From Chrysemys picta bellii (taxonomy: Eukaryota): a stretch of 64,000 nt of DNA. Both the position numbers and the translations under genes were made by a program. Positions 24,001-36,720 of this stretch are shown in pieces. The notes under the pieces were generated by a model that worked only from the letters and a program-made list of their open reading frames with translations, had not been told where the DNA came from and did no database searches. The stretch is taken from assembly GCF_011386835.1 (NCBI RefSeq), contig NC_088812.1, positions 12,338,001-12,402,000 on the forward strand. The letters run 5' to 3'. The stretch's first letter is position 1; each line of letters begins with the position of its first letter.

Positions 24001-27000
24001 AGGGGCAGAGGCTGGCAGGGACCAAGACGCCCTGGCCCCACTCAGGGGGGGCAGATAGGGTCCGTGGCCCCACTGCCGGGCAAGGGCGCCACTGCTCAGC
24101 CGCATCACAGGACCCTACCCCACCCCCCGCGCCTGGTCCCACCCCACTGAGCGGGGGGTGATTTGGTACCAGCAGGACAGAGCTGGGGGCACCAGACCCT
24201 GTGTGGCTGGGGAGTCAGCACCCCCCAGGTCCGAGTACTGTAACCCCATGGGAGCCCCCCCCCGGGTATGTGTCCTGTGACTCTGGACCTCCCCTTTCTC
24301 CATCAGCCCCCCGGGAGGGGGGGTTCCTTGTGCACAGGGGGGTCGGGATCGGCTGGAACCAGCAGGGGGAGGGGCACGGGAAAATGCCACATGGGCGAAT
24401 AGGCCCCACCCCCGGGTGTGACCAGGCCTGGGGGTCCCCAACGGGGGAATAACGCCCCCCCCTTAATCCTGCCCTCCCTGTTCCCCCCCAAAGCCCAGCC
24501 GCCTTTCTCCCCCTCCAGCCCAGCTACATGGCGGGCGGCGGGGGGGTGGGGGGGGTGTTATTAAAGCCAAGCAACTCTGGAGCCTGGGTTTCCGGCCTGG
24601 CCTGCTCGCAGGCGGGGTGTGAGTGTGTGTGTGTGTGCGTGAGTGTCTGTGTGTGTGTGCGCGCGTTGTGAGGCCTCGCAGGGGGCAGAGGATTCTGGCA
24701 CCGGCTCTTCGGCTACAGGGCCCGATGCCAAACGCGACCCTCCCCCCCCCGCAGGGCCGGGCGGCTGCCACGTTAGCCCAGCCCTGGCTCAGCCCCCGCC
24801 CCCGTCAGCAGGACAAGCTCTTGGTGCGCAGCAGGGCCCAACCGGCCCTGCAACAAACCGCCTCCTGCTGCTGCCGGCGAGCTGCCCCAGGGGCAGGCCT
24901 GGCCCCCTCATCCCCACCTCCCCGGGGTGGGCTACGGGGGGAGGGGCGGGGAGCCAGGCCTCTGGGCTTCCCACCCTAGGAGGAGAGCAACATCCAGCGG
25001 TTAGAGCAGAGGTAGCTCAGGCCCCCCGGGTTCCGGTACCAACTCTGCCATAGTCAGGTCCCTTCCCCGTGCCTCAGTTTCCCCATCTGCCGAATGAGGC
25101 CGCTCCACCTTCTGGAGCCTTATTCCCTGGTGGGTTTTTTTTTTTGGGGGGGGGGGGGGGGGCAGCACAGGGCGCCGGTCAGAGACCCTGAGCCGAAGCC
25201 CTTTCAGTGACGTTCCATCCGCCGGGATCCCCACCCCGGGAAAGCCCCATGTTCTCTGCTCAGGTGTGTTTACCTGCCGGGGAAGGTAAACAGAGCGGCC
25301 AGCTTGCCGGCCTGTGCAAACACCGGGGACACTCCCCTGAGCTACTCACCAAGGACGGGCTGGGCCGGGCACCACTGACGCTGCCCCACGTCCCTGCCAG
25401 GCCGAGGGGAGATACAGACACAGCCACTGGGGTCACAAGGGCCACTGCCGTGCCAGACTCTCCTCATTCCCCCGGCTGCAGCCCACGCCCACCACTGAGC
25501 CCGACTGCGGGCACCTGGGCCATATCCCTGGCACCATGGGCGCTCCAGCACCGCCCCGGGACTCCCCGGTGCCAACGGGTCGTCAGGGTCCCCTTGCCAA
25601 CCTCTGTGGGACAGTGGCCAGGGCTGGGCACACGCCCCCTCCCCCGGGACCTCCCTGGCCGGGTGGGGCTGGGACAAGAGGCTCTGGCTTCTTCCCACCA
25701 TTGAGCAAGTGAGACCCCCGTGAGAGCCGCTCCTCCCGCCTACGAGGGGTGACTCAGCCCCCCCGTTCCCAGCAGGACGCGCCCTCCCCCTCCGGCCAGT
25801 TCCGTTGGGCAATCACTGCCCGATTACGATCGACACCCGGAGCCGTTAGGCGCTGCCCGGGTCTTTCCCCACCAGCCACTTCCCCCTGGGCACATGACGC
25901 CGGCTGCGATAGCATCTCCCTCGGGGCGGGGGCCCAGCACCGTGACAGGCCCCCTCCGCGCCCAGCTCCCGGGACCACGGCCCCCGAGGTCACTGGGTCA
26001 TGGACAGGCCGTGGCAGCGTCAGCAGAGGTGTCAAGGGGGGAGGGGGCATCTGTCCAGGGCAGGCGAGGCCAGCCCTGAATACGCTGCCGTGCGGCCCAG
26101 CATAAAGTCTCCAGCCGCTCTTGGAAAAAAATGCTTATGACTCACTCACTGCCTTGGGGCGTTACCCCTGAAACCTAATGCTGGCTGGTTATATGTCAAC
26201 AGTGCAGCTGCTGGGCTATTAGCAACAAGTCACCAGCTGCTCGGGGGGGGGGGGGGGGGGGGGGAACGACACACCTTCCCTAGCTGACTCCTCTTTAGGA
26301 TTAGCTGCCCACCCCCCCACCCCCCAAATCCACACCCCCCAAACAAGTCAGCCGCTGCCAAGCAGACACCTTCCAGACTTCCTGCCCCGGAGCACCAGAA
26401 AAAGCCTCACGGCCCAGTCAACCATCCCTTGTGCCCCACCCCAGCGGAGAGCCGGGAGCAGCCAGGGAAGGCCCCGTCGCCTCACCTGCAATTCTGGGCT
26501 GGTTTGCACCCTCCAGACACATTAAATGGAAACTCCTGTAACCCCAGGGCGTGAGCTGGGCGGTGCCATCGCTAGCCAAGGCCTGTACGAGGCGGCGGCA
26601 CTATGCTCTCTGCCAAGGAAAGTCAGAACCCCAAGCCTGTTGTCATAGACCCCATACTGCAAACAGGCAGGGGAGAGTCCCGTGTGCTGGTCCTGGGCGA
26701 CCTGGGGGCACTGTGGCCACGAAGGTCTGAGTGGCACCAGGTTCGTGACAATACTAGCCAACTTCCTCGACTCCCTGGCCCCAGTGTGAGGCCGATGCTC
26801 TGTGCGTTTGTAGGGCCCTTTGGAGCCCCCATTAGCCACCAGAGCTGGGCCGCAGCTAGTCCACGTCCTGCCCCCACAGCAGGGAAAAGGAGCCTCTCTG
26901 GGGCTGGGCCAGAGCCCAGAACCCGGCTCCGAGCTTCCGAGGGGCTCAGGGCTGAGAGTCGGAATCTCTCTGGTCTCCCTAATGAGCCCAACTGGCTCCT

Positions 27001-27526
27001 CGGCCCCACACATCAGCCCCAGCCCGGGCCCATCTAGCCCGGCCTCCAACCTACCAGCAACGGGGACAACCAGCCCCCGTGGACCTTCCGCCCAGCCCCA
27101 CCCCAGGTTAGGCCCAGCTCATGCCCTGCCACAGAGGGGGGTCAGCCCCCCACATCCTGAGAGACCCGAACCCCCCACCTGCCACAGCCCCTGTCCATGG
27201 GGAGCCCCATGGTCCAACTCCAGGGATGCAGTTTGCAGCTGACCCTGGGGAGTCTCCAGCCTCCCCCCCTCACCCCCCGCAGAGCTGGGCTGGACCCTGG
27301 GACCTCCCAGCCATGGCTCGGCCCCCCAGATCCCCGCCAGCAATGGGGCAGGGAGACACGCCCATGGGCGCTGGGGGGGGACTAGGGGGTGGGGGTGACG
27401 CAATCAGGAGCCGGCCCGAGGGAACGAGGGGTGCGGGGGGGGGGGCCAGGCCCGACTCACCCAGAACAAGAAGTTGAAGAAGAAAACCAGGAACTTGACG
27501 CATTTCATGCCGCCTTCCAACGCCAT
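21064..27526 (-). CDS. CD63: CD63 tetraspanin (LAMP-3), 7 coding exons, 241 aa
   Basis: Minus-strand exons 27526-27461, 22979-22791, 22555-22481, 22231-22136, 21920-21771, 21586-21503 and 21129-21064, all GT-AG and phase 0. Starts MALEGGMKCVKFL, has the CCG motif (YSCCGAHNYTDW) and ends in the GYEVM lysosomal sorting signal. A probable non-coding exon 1 ends at 27740. PolyA signal (tttatt on +) at 20723-20728. Confidence 0.97.
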
Positions 27527-28150
27527 GGCGCCCGGTGCTGGGGAGGGACAAAGCGCTCAGAGCCGCCGGCGGGGGGGGGGGGGGGGGGGTGCGGAGCAGC
27601 CGCCGCCCCCCCCGTCTCCCGCGGAAACACCCCCCCTCCCGCCAGAATCCCCCCCCCGAGCCCCCCAGCCCGGCCCCGCCCGCCAGATCCCCCCCGCCTC
27701 GGCCCCCCAAAGCGCCCGAGACGAGCCCCCCCCCCTCACCTCGGTCCCCCCGAAAGCCGCGGCCGCTCTGTGCCCCGGGACGCAGCTCCGGTCACTTGAC
27801 TGCTCGGATCCACGCAGGTAGCGGGAGGGGCCCCGGCACCACGTGACCCCTGTGAGTCAACAGGAAACCCGCGTGGGCGTGGGGCGGCCCCGGCCCCGGC
27901 CCCGCCCCTGGGTGGGTCCCAGCCCCGGCTCCAGGGGCCCCGGTTAACCCCCCCCCCCCCCCCCGCCGGGCCCAGGGTGACCCCGCCAGCCCCGGGATCT
28001 GCCCCCCCCCCACGCGCGGCCCCCACGTGACCTGAAATCCCCCCCCCCCCCCCCCCGCGCCCCGGGAATTAACAGCAACTTCCTCCAGCTCCAGGGCCAC
28101 ACAGCTGCTGAGGCCGGAGCCGCCGAGCTGCGGCCCAGGGTCAGACAGGC
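27500..28150 (-). promoter_or_regulatory. CD63 CpG-island promoter
   Basis: CpG-dense region upstream of the CD63 ATG with GC boxes, CACGTGAC at 27840-27847 and 28024-28031, GTCACTTGAC 27791-27800 and AP-1 TGAGTCA 27853-27859. Confidence 0.7.
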
Positions 28151-28467
28151 CCCATCTCGCCCCCCGATCCCACCATCCCCCCAGCCCTGCCCCAGCTTTG
28201 GGGGAGACCCCGCGTCCCCTCCCAGCTCCTGCCGGTCAGAGGTTTAGGTCGCCCCGAGGCGGCTGCGGCCCTGCCCGTGAACTGGCCCAGTTATACTTTG
28301 GGCCTTCACAACATCCCCTGGCGAGGAGTTCCACAGGTTAACCGCGCCTTGCATGGAAACGCACTGCCTCTCGCTTGTAGGAAACCTGCTGCCTGTTCGC
28401 TTCATTGGCGACCCCAGGGAAAGGGCAAATAACCCTCCCTAGTCCCTTCCTCCCTTTCACTGCGGCT

Positions 28468-29213
28468 GGGTCTCTGAAAACACCCAGTGTTCAGCGGCTG
28501 TCAAAAAAGGGAACAGAATGCCGGGAATCATTAGGAAAGGGATCGATAAGACAGAAAATGTCATCTTGCCTCTATATAAATCCATGGGATGCCCACACCT
28601 TGAATACTGGGTGCAGATGTTGCCCCATCTCAAAAACCATACAGTCGAAAAGGTTCAGAAAGGGGCAACAAAAATGACTAGGGGTATGGAACGGCTTCCG
28701 TAGGAGGAGAGATTAATAAAACTGGGACTTCTCTGCTTGGAAAAGAGACGACTCAGGGGGATATGATAGAGGTCTATACAATCGTGACTGGTGTGGAGAA
28801 AGTCAAACAGGGAGTGTTATTTACTCATAACACATGAACTAGGGGTCAGCTGATTAAATTAAAAGGCAGCAGGTTTAAAACAAACAAAAGGAAATATTTC
28901 ACACAACGCACAGTCAACCTGTGGAACTCCTTGCCAGAGGATCTTGTGAAGGCCACGACAATAACAGGGTTCAAAAAGAGCTAGATCATTTCATGGAGGA
29001 TAGGTTCGTCAATGGCTACTAGCCGGGATGGACAGGGATGGTGGCCCTGGCCTCTGTTTGCCAGAGCTGGGAATGGGTGACGGGGATGGCTCACTTGGTG
29101 ATTCCCTGCTCTGTTCATCCCCTGTGGGGCCCCTGGCACTGGCCGCGGTAGGAAGACAGGACACTGGGCTGGATGGACCCTTGGTCTGACCCAGTCTGGC
29201 CGTTCTGATGTTC
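28468..29213 (+). mobile_element. CR1 LINE, 5'-truncated, degenerate
   Basis: ORF 28518-28703 (LPLYKSMGCPHLEYWVQ...VEKVQKGATKM), then CR1-type 3' sequence ending tggtctgacccagtctggccgttctgatgttct. Confidence 0.85.
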
Positions 29214-31355
29214 TCCCTCCCAGCCTGATTTTCTCGCCCTCTCTCCTATCCCCCCTCAGTCATCTGTCCTGGGACAGGAGCCGTTCCAGCCCCGGGATCA
29301 CCCTGCTGCTCTGGGCAGTGTAGCAAGGCCCATCTGGGACGGGACCCAAACCGCCCCGGGTGCTGAGCGCTGGGTTCGAAGGGGCTGGGAGCTGGAAGCC
29401 AAACCAGACAAATTAGTTACAAATTAGTCCCAGATTGTTAAGGGGAGGGGATTAGGCCCTGGCCCCACCTCCCCGGGGCAGGGGGAGAACCCCATCGCTG
29501 GCAGTGCCCCAGCTGTGCCCAGGGCAGACTAGAGGAGAACCTGGGGTCTCTCCGGCCCCTGCACGGCGGTAGAACAGCGTCCACCCCAAATCGATAGTTC
29601 ACCCAGGCCCTACAGTGAGGCTTTTCCTCACCGCCGGCCCCCCTCCCGGGAGGATCACGTCCAGCCCCTCTAGCCTGGCTGGGGGGCTCTGCTCTGGGAC
29701 CAGGTGATTCTCCCAGGGCTGAGCGGGGCATGGGGCGCAAGGAGCTGGTTTGCCACGCGGCTGCCAGTGCCTCATGGGGCTGGGCAGCTGCCCAGGGAAC
29801 GCGGCTCCTCCGGCGTGGAAGCAGGCGGCCTGCGGGAGCGAGAGCTGGTTTCCCTTGCAAATAGCGCGGTCCGGAGCACGACAGCCTGTGGCAGGTGCAG
29901 GAGCCGACAGCGCTGGGGGCTGAATCGCCTGCTCCAGGGAGCCTTTGAGCCGCCACACCGCTGAGCCAGCCAAGTTTAGCCATGTGGGAGGACAGCAGGG
30001 GAGCCAGGACTCCTGGGTTCTGTCCCAGGTCTCCACCCGCCTCACTGCGTGACCCTGGGCAGGTCACTGGCTTGTTCTGTGCCTCAGTTTCCCCCCCTGG
30101 GGAATGCAGACAATGCCGGGCTGTTGTCGAACTGCCTTGTAAAGTGACTTCATTTTACCCAGGAAAGTCCCTGGGTGCTGGGCTGGCGTCAGCCCGGACA
30201 GGACAAACCTTCCTTTATGTCCCCGTTGCAATGGCAGGCCCGGTTCAGTCTCGGAGGGGGGAGAGGCTGTCAGTTAGGGGCAGGACCTTGGTTTTAAATG
30301 TCTCCCTCATACCCTTGTGTTTTATGGCCTCCATCAGGGCATTAGAGAGACCATCCCACCCACCACCACGATCAGCCACCAGCAGCGTGTGGTCTGGGCC
30401 CTCGGGCCGCGGGCACTCTGCCTGCTGCCCACGGCACGGGCCGGGCGAGGAGCTGGAGCGTGACTTTAGTATCTGTAGTGTGTAGTGCCTAGCGGTCCCA
30501 CCCGAGACCAGGGCCCCCCATGCCAGGCCCGGCACAAACACGGAGGAGGAGCCAGCCCCTGCCCAGAGAGCCTGACCCCTAACTCGATAGGTCAGGGGAT
30601 CAGGGCACTGAGGCCCAGAGAGATTTGGTGACTTGCTCACGGTGGGTGCAGAGCTCAGAAATGACCCCAGGTGAGGAGTTAGACCTGGAAACAGCGCCCC
30701 CTAGAGGGGAAAGGCCCATGCTCCATTCCCAGCCCCCCCAGCCAGCCAGGCCCTGCCCTGGGGCTGGATCACCCCCTGGAGAGGTGCGGCCCATCACTCC
30801 AGATTAGATAGCAGCAGGGTGAGGTGTACGGAAACTCCTCCCTCCTGCCCTGCCCAGGGACAGCTCAACGCTGCCAGGTCGGGGAGCCCCAGGGCATGGG
30901 CTGCCCGGAGCCAGGACTCCTGGGTTCTATTCCTACCTCTGTGCTCACAGACTAGGTCACCCTGGGCAGGTCCCTTTCCCTCCCTGCGCCTCTCTCCCCA
31001 CCCCCGCTGCTCACCTCTGTACAGCTGGGCCCAGAGGGCAGCCTGCCCGCCTCTGCGTCCAGCTCCCGGCACCCCCCGCGTGGGCCTGAGCCAAGGGGCC
31101 TGGAGCAGGACACCCCCCCAGCGGGTCCCAGGGGAGTTTGGGGCAGTGGGGTGCCCAGAGGATGCTGGGGGCTGGGACCTGCATGCCAGGGAAGAAGGGA
31201 AGAGCCAGCGGCCCCGGCGAGCTCCCTGCCACCCCACTCCCTGGCAGCTCCCAGCACCCTTGGCTTGGCTCTGCAGGTCTCGCACACGCCAAGGCTGGGC
31301 AGCAGGGCAGGGGTCCGGGTACTCCGCTGCGGGGGTGGGGCAGGGGGCATGGATA

Positions 31356-32387
31356 GGACAGTTACCTGTTCCGTAACTGGCATTCTTCGAGATGCGTTGC
31401 TCCTGTCTATTCCACAGTAGGTGTGCGTGCTCGCCCCGTGCACCGGTGCCGGAAGTTTTTCCCTTAGCAGCATCCGTAGTGGGGGAGCCCCACTGCGACC
31501 CCTGGGGTGACGCTGCCACATTGTGCCATAAAGGGGGCTGCGTGCTCCCCCCACCCTCAGTTCCTTCTTCCAGACAACTCCGACAGAGGGGAAGGAGGGT
31601 GGGACGTGGAATAGACAGGAGCAACACATCTCGAAGAACGCCAGTTACGGAACAGGTAACTGTCCTTTCTTCTTCGAGCGATTGCTCCTGCGTATTCCAC
31701 AGTAGGGGACTCCAAGCTATGCCTGACGGAGGTGGGTAGGAGTTTTAAGGGTTACCCGGGCGGAGCACCGCCCTACCAAACCCGGCGTCATCCCGTGCTT
31801 GGGGGACGATCGCATAGTGCGATGCAAAAGTGTGGCCAGAGGACCACGGAGCAGCCCTGCAGATGTCCTGAATAGGGACATGAGCCACCTAGGCCGCTGA
31901 CGAGGCGAGAGCTCGGAGCAGATCTCACGCTCCTTCTTTGTTCGCGGCTTGAAGGAGCGGCAAATTTTACACTTCTCACTAACGTGAGCCTCGCCCAGAC
32001 AGCGAAGACACTGAGTGTGTGGATCGCTTCTGGGCATAGAGTTGTGACAAGAGTCGCACGCACGACTTGAAGCCTGGGCCACGGGGCATGCCCCGAGCCC
32101 GGCACTAGCGCAAGAAAGTTCAGTGAGACTGGACACCCCTAGGGCTATAAACACTGCAGCCAAGGCTGGAGCACGAAGTTCCGACTACCGTCACTGGCGG
32201 CAAGAAGGAACTGAGGGTGGGGGGAGCACGCAGCCCCCTTTATGGCGCGATGTGTCGGCGTCACTCCAGGGGTCGCAGCGGGCTCCCCCACTACGGATGC
32301 TGCTAAGGGAAAAACTTCCGGCACCGGTGCATGGGGCGAGCACGCACACCTACTGTGGAATAGACAGGAGCAATCACTCGAAGAGAA
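31356..32387 (-). mobile_element. Non-autonomous DIRS1-like (tyrosine-recombinase retrotransposon) element
   Basis: ~185-bp inverted terminal repeats (31383-31569 / 32202-32387), an internal complementary region 31607-31705 matching both termini, and a gag-like Cys/His remnant (CDSCHNSMPRSDPHTQCLRCLGEAHVSEKCKICRSFKPRTKKER). No RT, RNase H or recombinase. Confidence 0.8.
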
Positions 32388-33120
32388 GCCGTACTGCCCC
32401 GACCCCCCTGACCAGGCAGCGGGGAGCAGCTGCCGGGGCCCTGCTGGGGGCCTGGCCCCCGAGCTCACTGCTCATCCCTGGGCAAAGCGCACCCTGGCTC
32501 GAGAGGGAACTGCCCGGCTGGGCCGAGGGGGGAACGTTTCCTGCCCAGCAGGGTTTATACAGCCCGGCTGCTCCTGCCCCCTGCTGGCTCCGGCTGGTAG
32601 CATAGCATGGGGCCTGCTGCCGTGCCCAGAGGGGTCTGGTGCAGTGTGCCCCGCCCCGCCCCAGTCCCAGAGCGCTCCAGGGCCGGGTAGAACCCGGTGC
32701 CCAGGAGCACCAGCCGGGCAATAGCTCTGGAGATGGGGTGGCCGGGCCAGGGGCCTGGCCTGGGGCGAAGGAGGGAGAACACATGAAAGGCGAGAGGGCA
32801 GGAACAGAAACGCACTGTTTAATGGGGGGCCAGGAAACACCCCCTGTGGCAGAGGCTGGCACAAGCGGGCGCCCGCAGCACTAGCAGAGGGGGGTGGGGC
32901 TGGAAGGCTCCGGGGGGGAGGGGAGGTGGCACCTCTCTGGGGCCTTTGCCCCATGCGTAAGGTCTGCGGCACCTGCCAGGAGCAGTGGCTGCCTGCAGCC
33001 CCCTGCCCCCCCTCCGAATGGTGCTGCCAACCTCACCCCTTCGCGCCCTTGGGGCCAGACTGCCCCCACCCCCACCGGCGGAGCCAGGCCCTCCCCCCCG
33101 GCAGGGCAGTCCCCTGCGGG

Positions 33121-36100
33121 TCACAGGGCAGCAGTGGTCAGAGTGGCCAGCACCACCTCCAGGTGTTCGCGGTGCATGAAAGCCACCAGGCCGCCCCGGT
33201 TGGCCCAGCGCTCAGCCCCCACGGCGCCCGCCGCAGGCTGGTTGTAGGTCAGCTCCGGCAGCGCCCCCCGCTGGCCAGCGCGCCAGGCCTGCAGGGCAGC
33301 CTCTAGGTCCACCATCCCTCCGCCCAGAGCCCGCAGGATGGCATGGGGGGCACACGAGTCCCACTTGAAGGTGCTGCCCTCCGAGAGGACGTAGGCCTCG
33401 GCCAGCCCCAGGATCACACATAGCATCTTGTAGCCGGCGCCCGAGGCGAAGCGCAGCCGCTCCCCGTACAGCGGCCTCAGCGCCCGCTGGATCGCCGGCG
33501 TCTCGCTGCTGCTCAGGACGACGCAGGGCTCGGGGCGTAGCGGGGGCCGGTGCAGCGAGGCCAGGCTGGTGCCCTGGTACGAGATGCCCCAGTGATACAC
33601 ACCCTGCCACCTGCAGACAGGAGAACACAACAGGGACAGCACCAGCTGCGACAGGGAGCTGACAGCAGCTGCTCAGGAGAGGAGCTCGGGGGCTGGGGGA
33701 GCGGGGAGCCCAGGGCTGGGCTAGCAGGGGGCTGCGGATCAGGAGTGAGGGGCACCGGCAGAGCTGGGGAAAGGGGGAGCCCAGGGGTGGGCTAGCAGGG
33801 GGCTGCGGGTCAGGACTGAGGGGCACTAGCCGAGCTGTGGGGTGCAGAACCCAGGGCTGGGCTCGGAGGGGGCTGCGGGTCAGGACTGGGGGACACCAGC
33901 AAAGCGTGTGTGGGAGAGGATCACACACACCCTGGGGGGGTCCCTGCCATGAACTGAAGCTGATCAGAGGTAACCAGGAGCCTCAGAGCCAGCAGCCACT
34001 GGCAAATACAATTTAGACAGGGCTACTATAAGGTGGGTGCATAACTGGCTGGATAACCGTACTCAGAGAGTTGTTATTAATAGTTCCCAATCCTGCTGGA
34101 AAGGCACAACGAGTGGGGTACCGCAGGGGTCGGTTTTGGGACCGGCTCTGTTCAATATCTTCATCAACGACTTAGATATTGGCATAGAAAGTACGCTTAT
34201 TAAGTTTGCGGATGATACCAAACTGGGAGGGATTGCAACTGCTTTGGAGGACAGGGTCATAATTCAAAATGATCTGGACAAATTGGAGAAATGGTCTGAG
34301 TTAAACAGGATGAAGTTTAACAAAGACAAATGCAAAGTGCTCCACTTAGGAAGGAACAATCAGTTTCACACATACAGAATGGGAAGAGACTGTCTAGGAA
34401 GGAGTACGGCAGAAAGGGATCTAGGGGTTATAGTGGACCACAAGCTAAATATGAGTCAACAGTGTGATGCTGTTGCAAAAAAAGCAAACGTGATTCTGGG
34501 ATGTATTAACAGGTGTGTTCTTCCGCTCTACTCTGCTCTGGTTAGGCCTCAGCTGGAGTATTGTGTCCAGTTCTGGGCACCGCATTTTAAAAAAGATGTG
34601 GAGAAATTGGAAAGGGTCCAGAGAAGAGCAACAAGAATGATTAAAGGTCGTGAGAACATGACCTATGAAGGAAGGCTGAAAGAACTGGGTTTGTTTAGTT
34701 TGGAAAAGAGAAGACTGAGAGGGGACATGATAGCAGTTTTCAGGTATTTAAAAGGGTGTCATAAGGAGGAGGGAGAAAACTTGTTCACCTTAGCCTGTAA
34801 GGATAGAACAAGAAGCAATGGGCTTAAACTGCAGCAAGGGAGGTTTAGGTTGGACATTAGGAAAAAGTTCCTAACTGTCAGGGTGGTTAAACACTGGAAT
34901 AAATTGCCTAGGGAGGTTGTGGAATCTCCATCTCTGGAGATATTTAAGAGTAGGTTAGATAAATGTCTATCAGGGATGGTCTAGACAGTATTTGGTCCTG
35001 CCATGCGGGCAGGGGACTGGACTCGATGACCTCTTGAGGTCCCTTCCAGTCCTAGAATCTATGAATCTATGAATCTATGAAAGCAACACCCCCACCCCCT
35101 TCTCTCTGCCCCAGTCCCTGGGGGAAGGGTGGGGTTGGTGCAGGCCAAGGGCTCCACCGAGTGGCCTGCCCCAGGTGGGTTTCCCCAGCAAGGTCCTGGT
35201 GCTGGGGCGCTTGCAGACCCCCCTAGCCCAGGACGTGCCCAGGGCAGGGCTCAGGGGAGATCCGGGGGTGAGTACCTGTGGGTGAGGGGGTCCTCCCGGA
35301 AGAACGGCTCGTTGATGACCCCCAGGACCGGGTCCCCCGAGCTGCGGTCGTACGCCCCAATGAGCACCAGCGCCGAGCACAGCCCGGACGGGCAGATGCC
35401 ATCGATGGGCGCCACGCGGGCCTGGCCGCGGATGTACTGATTGGTGGAGTCTGCCAGAGAGAGGTGACGTCAGAACCAGGCTCCGAGCCCCGCCCGGGGC
35501 AGAGTGCAAAGCCCACCAGCCAACAAAGCCACGTGGCTCCCTTTGTCCTCGCCTTGCGGGCCACTGGGCAACAAGTTCTCTGGGTCTCAGCACGACTGGC
35601 GCTAACTGGGGGTCTCAGCCCTACAGGGTCCCTCCAGGGCAGGGAGGAGCCACCTTGGGGGTGGGGCCAGGGGTCAGCACCTTTTCCCAGCGCCAGGACA
35701 CCCTAGTTGGTCAGCTGCTCCTGGCGCCCCCTGGTGTCATGCTGGGGGATGGCAGCGAGGGCCCCCCTTACCGATGGGGTCGATCCAGATGGCCAGTCTC
35801 TCCGGGGGGATTGCCAGCGCCACTGCGTCCAGCGCCGGGTCCTGCAGCGCCACCTCCTGGTGGATGGCGGCTGCCAGCAGCTCGGCCGCTGGCTGGTTCC
35901 GGTCCAGGATTGTAAAGAGCAGCGAGGCCGTGTCCTGCTGGGTCGCACACACCTGCACCACCAGGGTCTCTCCTGCGGGCAGACGGGCTTAGCCAGACAG
36001 GGCAGGCTCAGGGGCTCCCAGTACAGTGTGAAGTGGGGGGACCCCCCACCCCAGTACAGGACCAGCTCAGAGCCCTCCCCACCCCATGCTGGGGCAGGCT

Positions 36101-36720
36101 GCGTGGGAGACCAGGACCCCACTCTGCAGGGTACAGCGCCCCCCGCTGGTAGCTCCGTCCCGTGCCCACGCCGCCAAGTCACTCACCCAGGCTGTTCTCA
36201 AACTGGTTGGACTCCTCCCCGCCGATGTGGCCGCGCAGCTCCGGGAACTGAAAGAGACAGGGAGGCTCAGGGCAGCACAAACGCCTTGTCTCAGGCCCAT
36301 GAGACTCCATCTCCCTTGGTCTAGGGGTGAGGGGATCCTGGAGCGGGGTGTCCATTGATGGGGATCGAGACAGCTCCTTGCCTCAGGGATATGATGCCCT
36401 CCCCATGCCCCCAAGAGGCACCCCCTGCTCCCGCCTAGGCACCACCCCCACCCCCTGGATGCAGTCGGGCAGGCGGAGAGGAGAGGCCCCCAGCCCCGCA
36501 GGGCGCCCACGGGTACCTCCTTGCCCACGTCGTGCTTTATGACCTCCTGGATGAGCACGTCCGCCAGCGTCTTGAAATCCTGCACAAACTTCTTGTTCTT
36601 GTCGGTGCCCGTCTTCTCCTCGATGAGCAGCTGGAAGAGCGCCTCCTCCTGGCGGCACAGCTGGGCGATGCGGGCCGACTTCTCCGACGCCCCCACCAGG
36701 CTCTTCAGCAGGGCTGCCAT
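33121..36720 (-). CDS. Inositol polyphosphate 1-phosphatase-like protein (INPP1 paralog), 5 coding exons, 376 aa
   Basis: Minus-strand exons 36720-36517 (204 nt), 36247-36187 (61), 35972-35772 (201), 35450-35276 (175) and 33610-33121 (490), GT-AG and in frame with no internal stops. Contains DFKTLAD, GEES, WIDPIDST, GAGYK and FKWDSCA motifs of the INPP1/IMPase metal-dependent phosphatase family. ATTAAA-type polyA signal (tttaat on +) at 32818-32823. Confidence 0.92.
33690..33895. repeat. GC-rich minisatellite (GGAGTGAGGGGCAC family), degenerate
   Basis: About 3 copies in the last intron of the INPP1-like gene. Confidence 0.7.
34002..35079 (+). mobile_element. CR1 LINE, 5'-truncated, in intron 4 of the INPP1-like gene
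   Basis: ORF 34037-34984 with RT motifs ([28 protein letters not shown]), a CR1 3' UTR and an octamer tail (TCTATGAA)n at 35055-35079. Confidence 0.95.

Noticed and set aside
24480-24900. Intragenic CpG-rich patch with (GT)n in CD63 intron 2 as an alternative promoter
   Set aside because: No supporting exon or donor structure found; motifs alone are insufficient.
33121-36720. INPP1-like gene as a retrocopy or pseudogene
   Set aside because: It has four canonical introns, an intact frame, catalytic motifs and a polyA signal.
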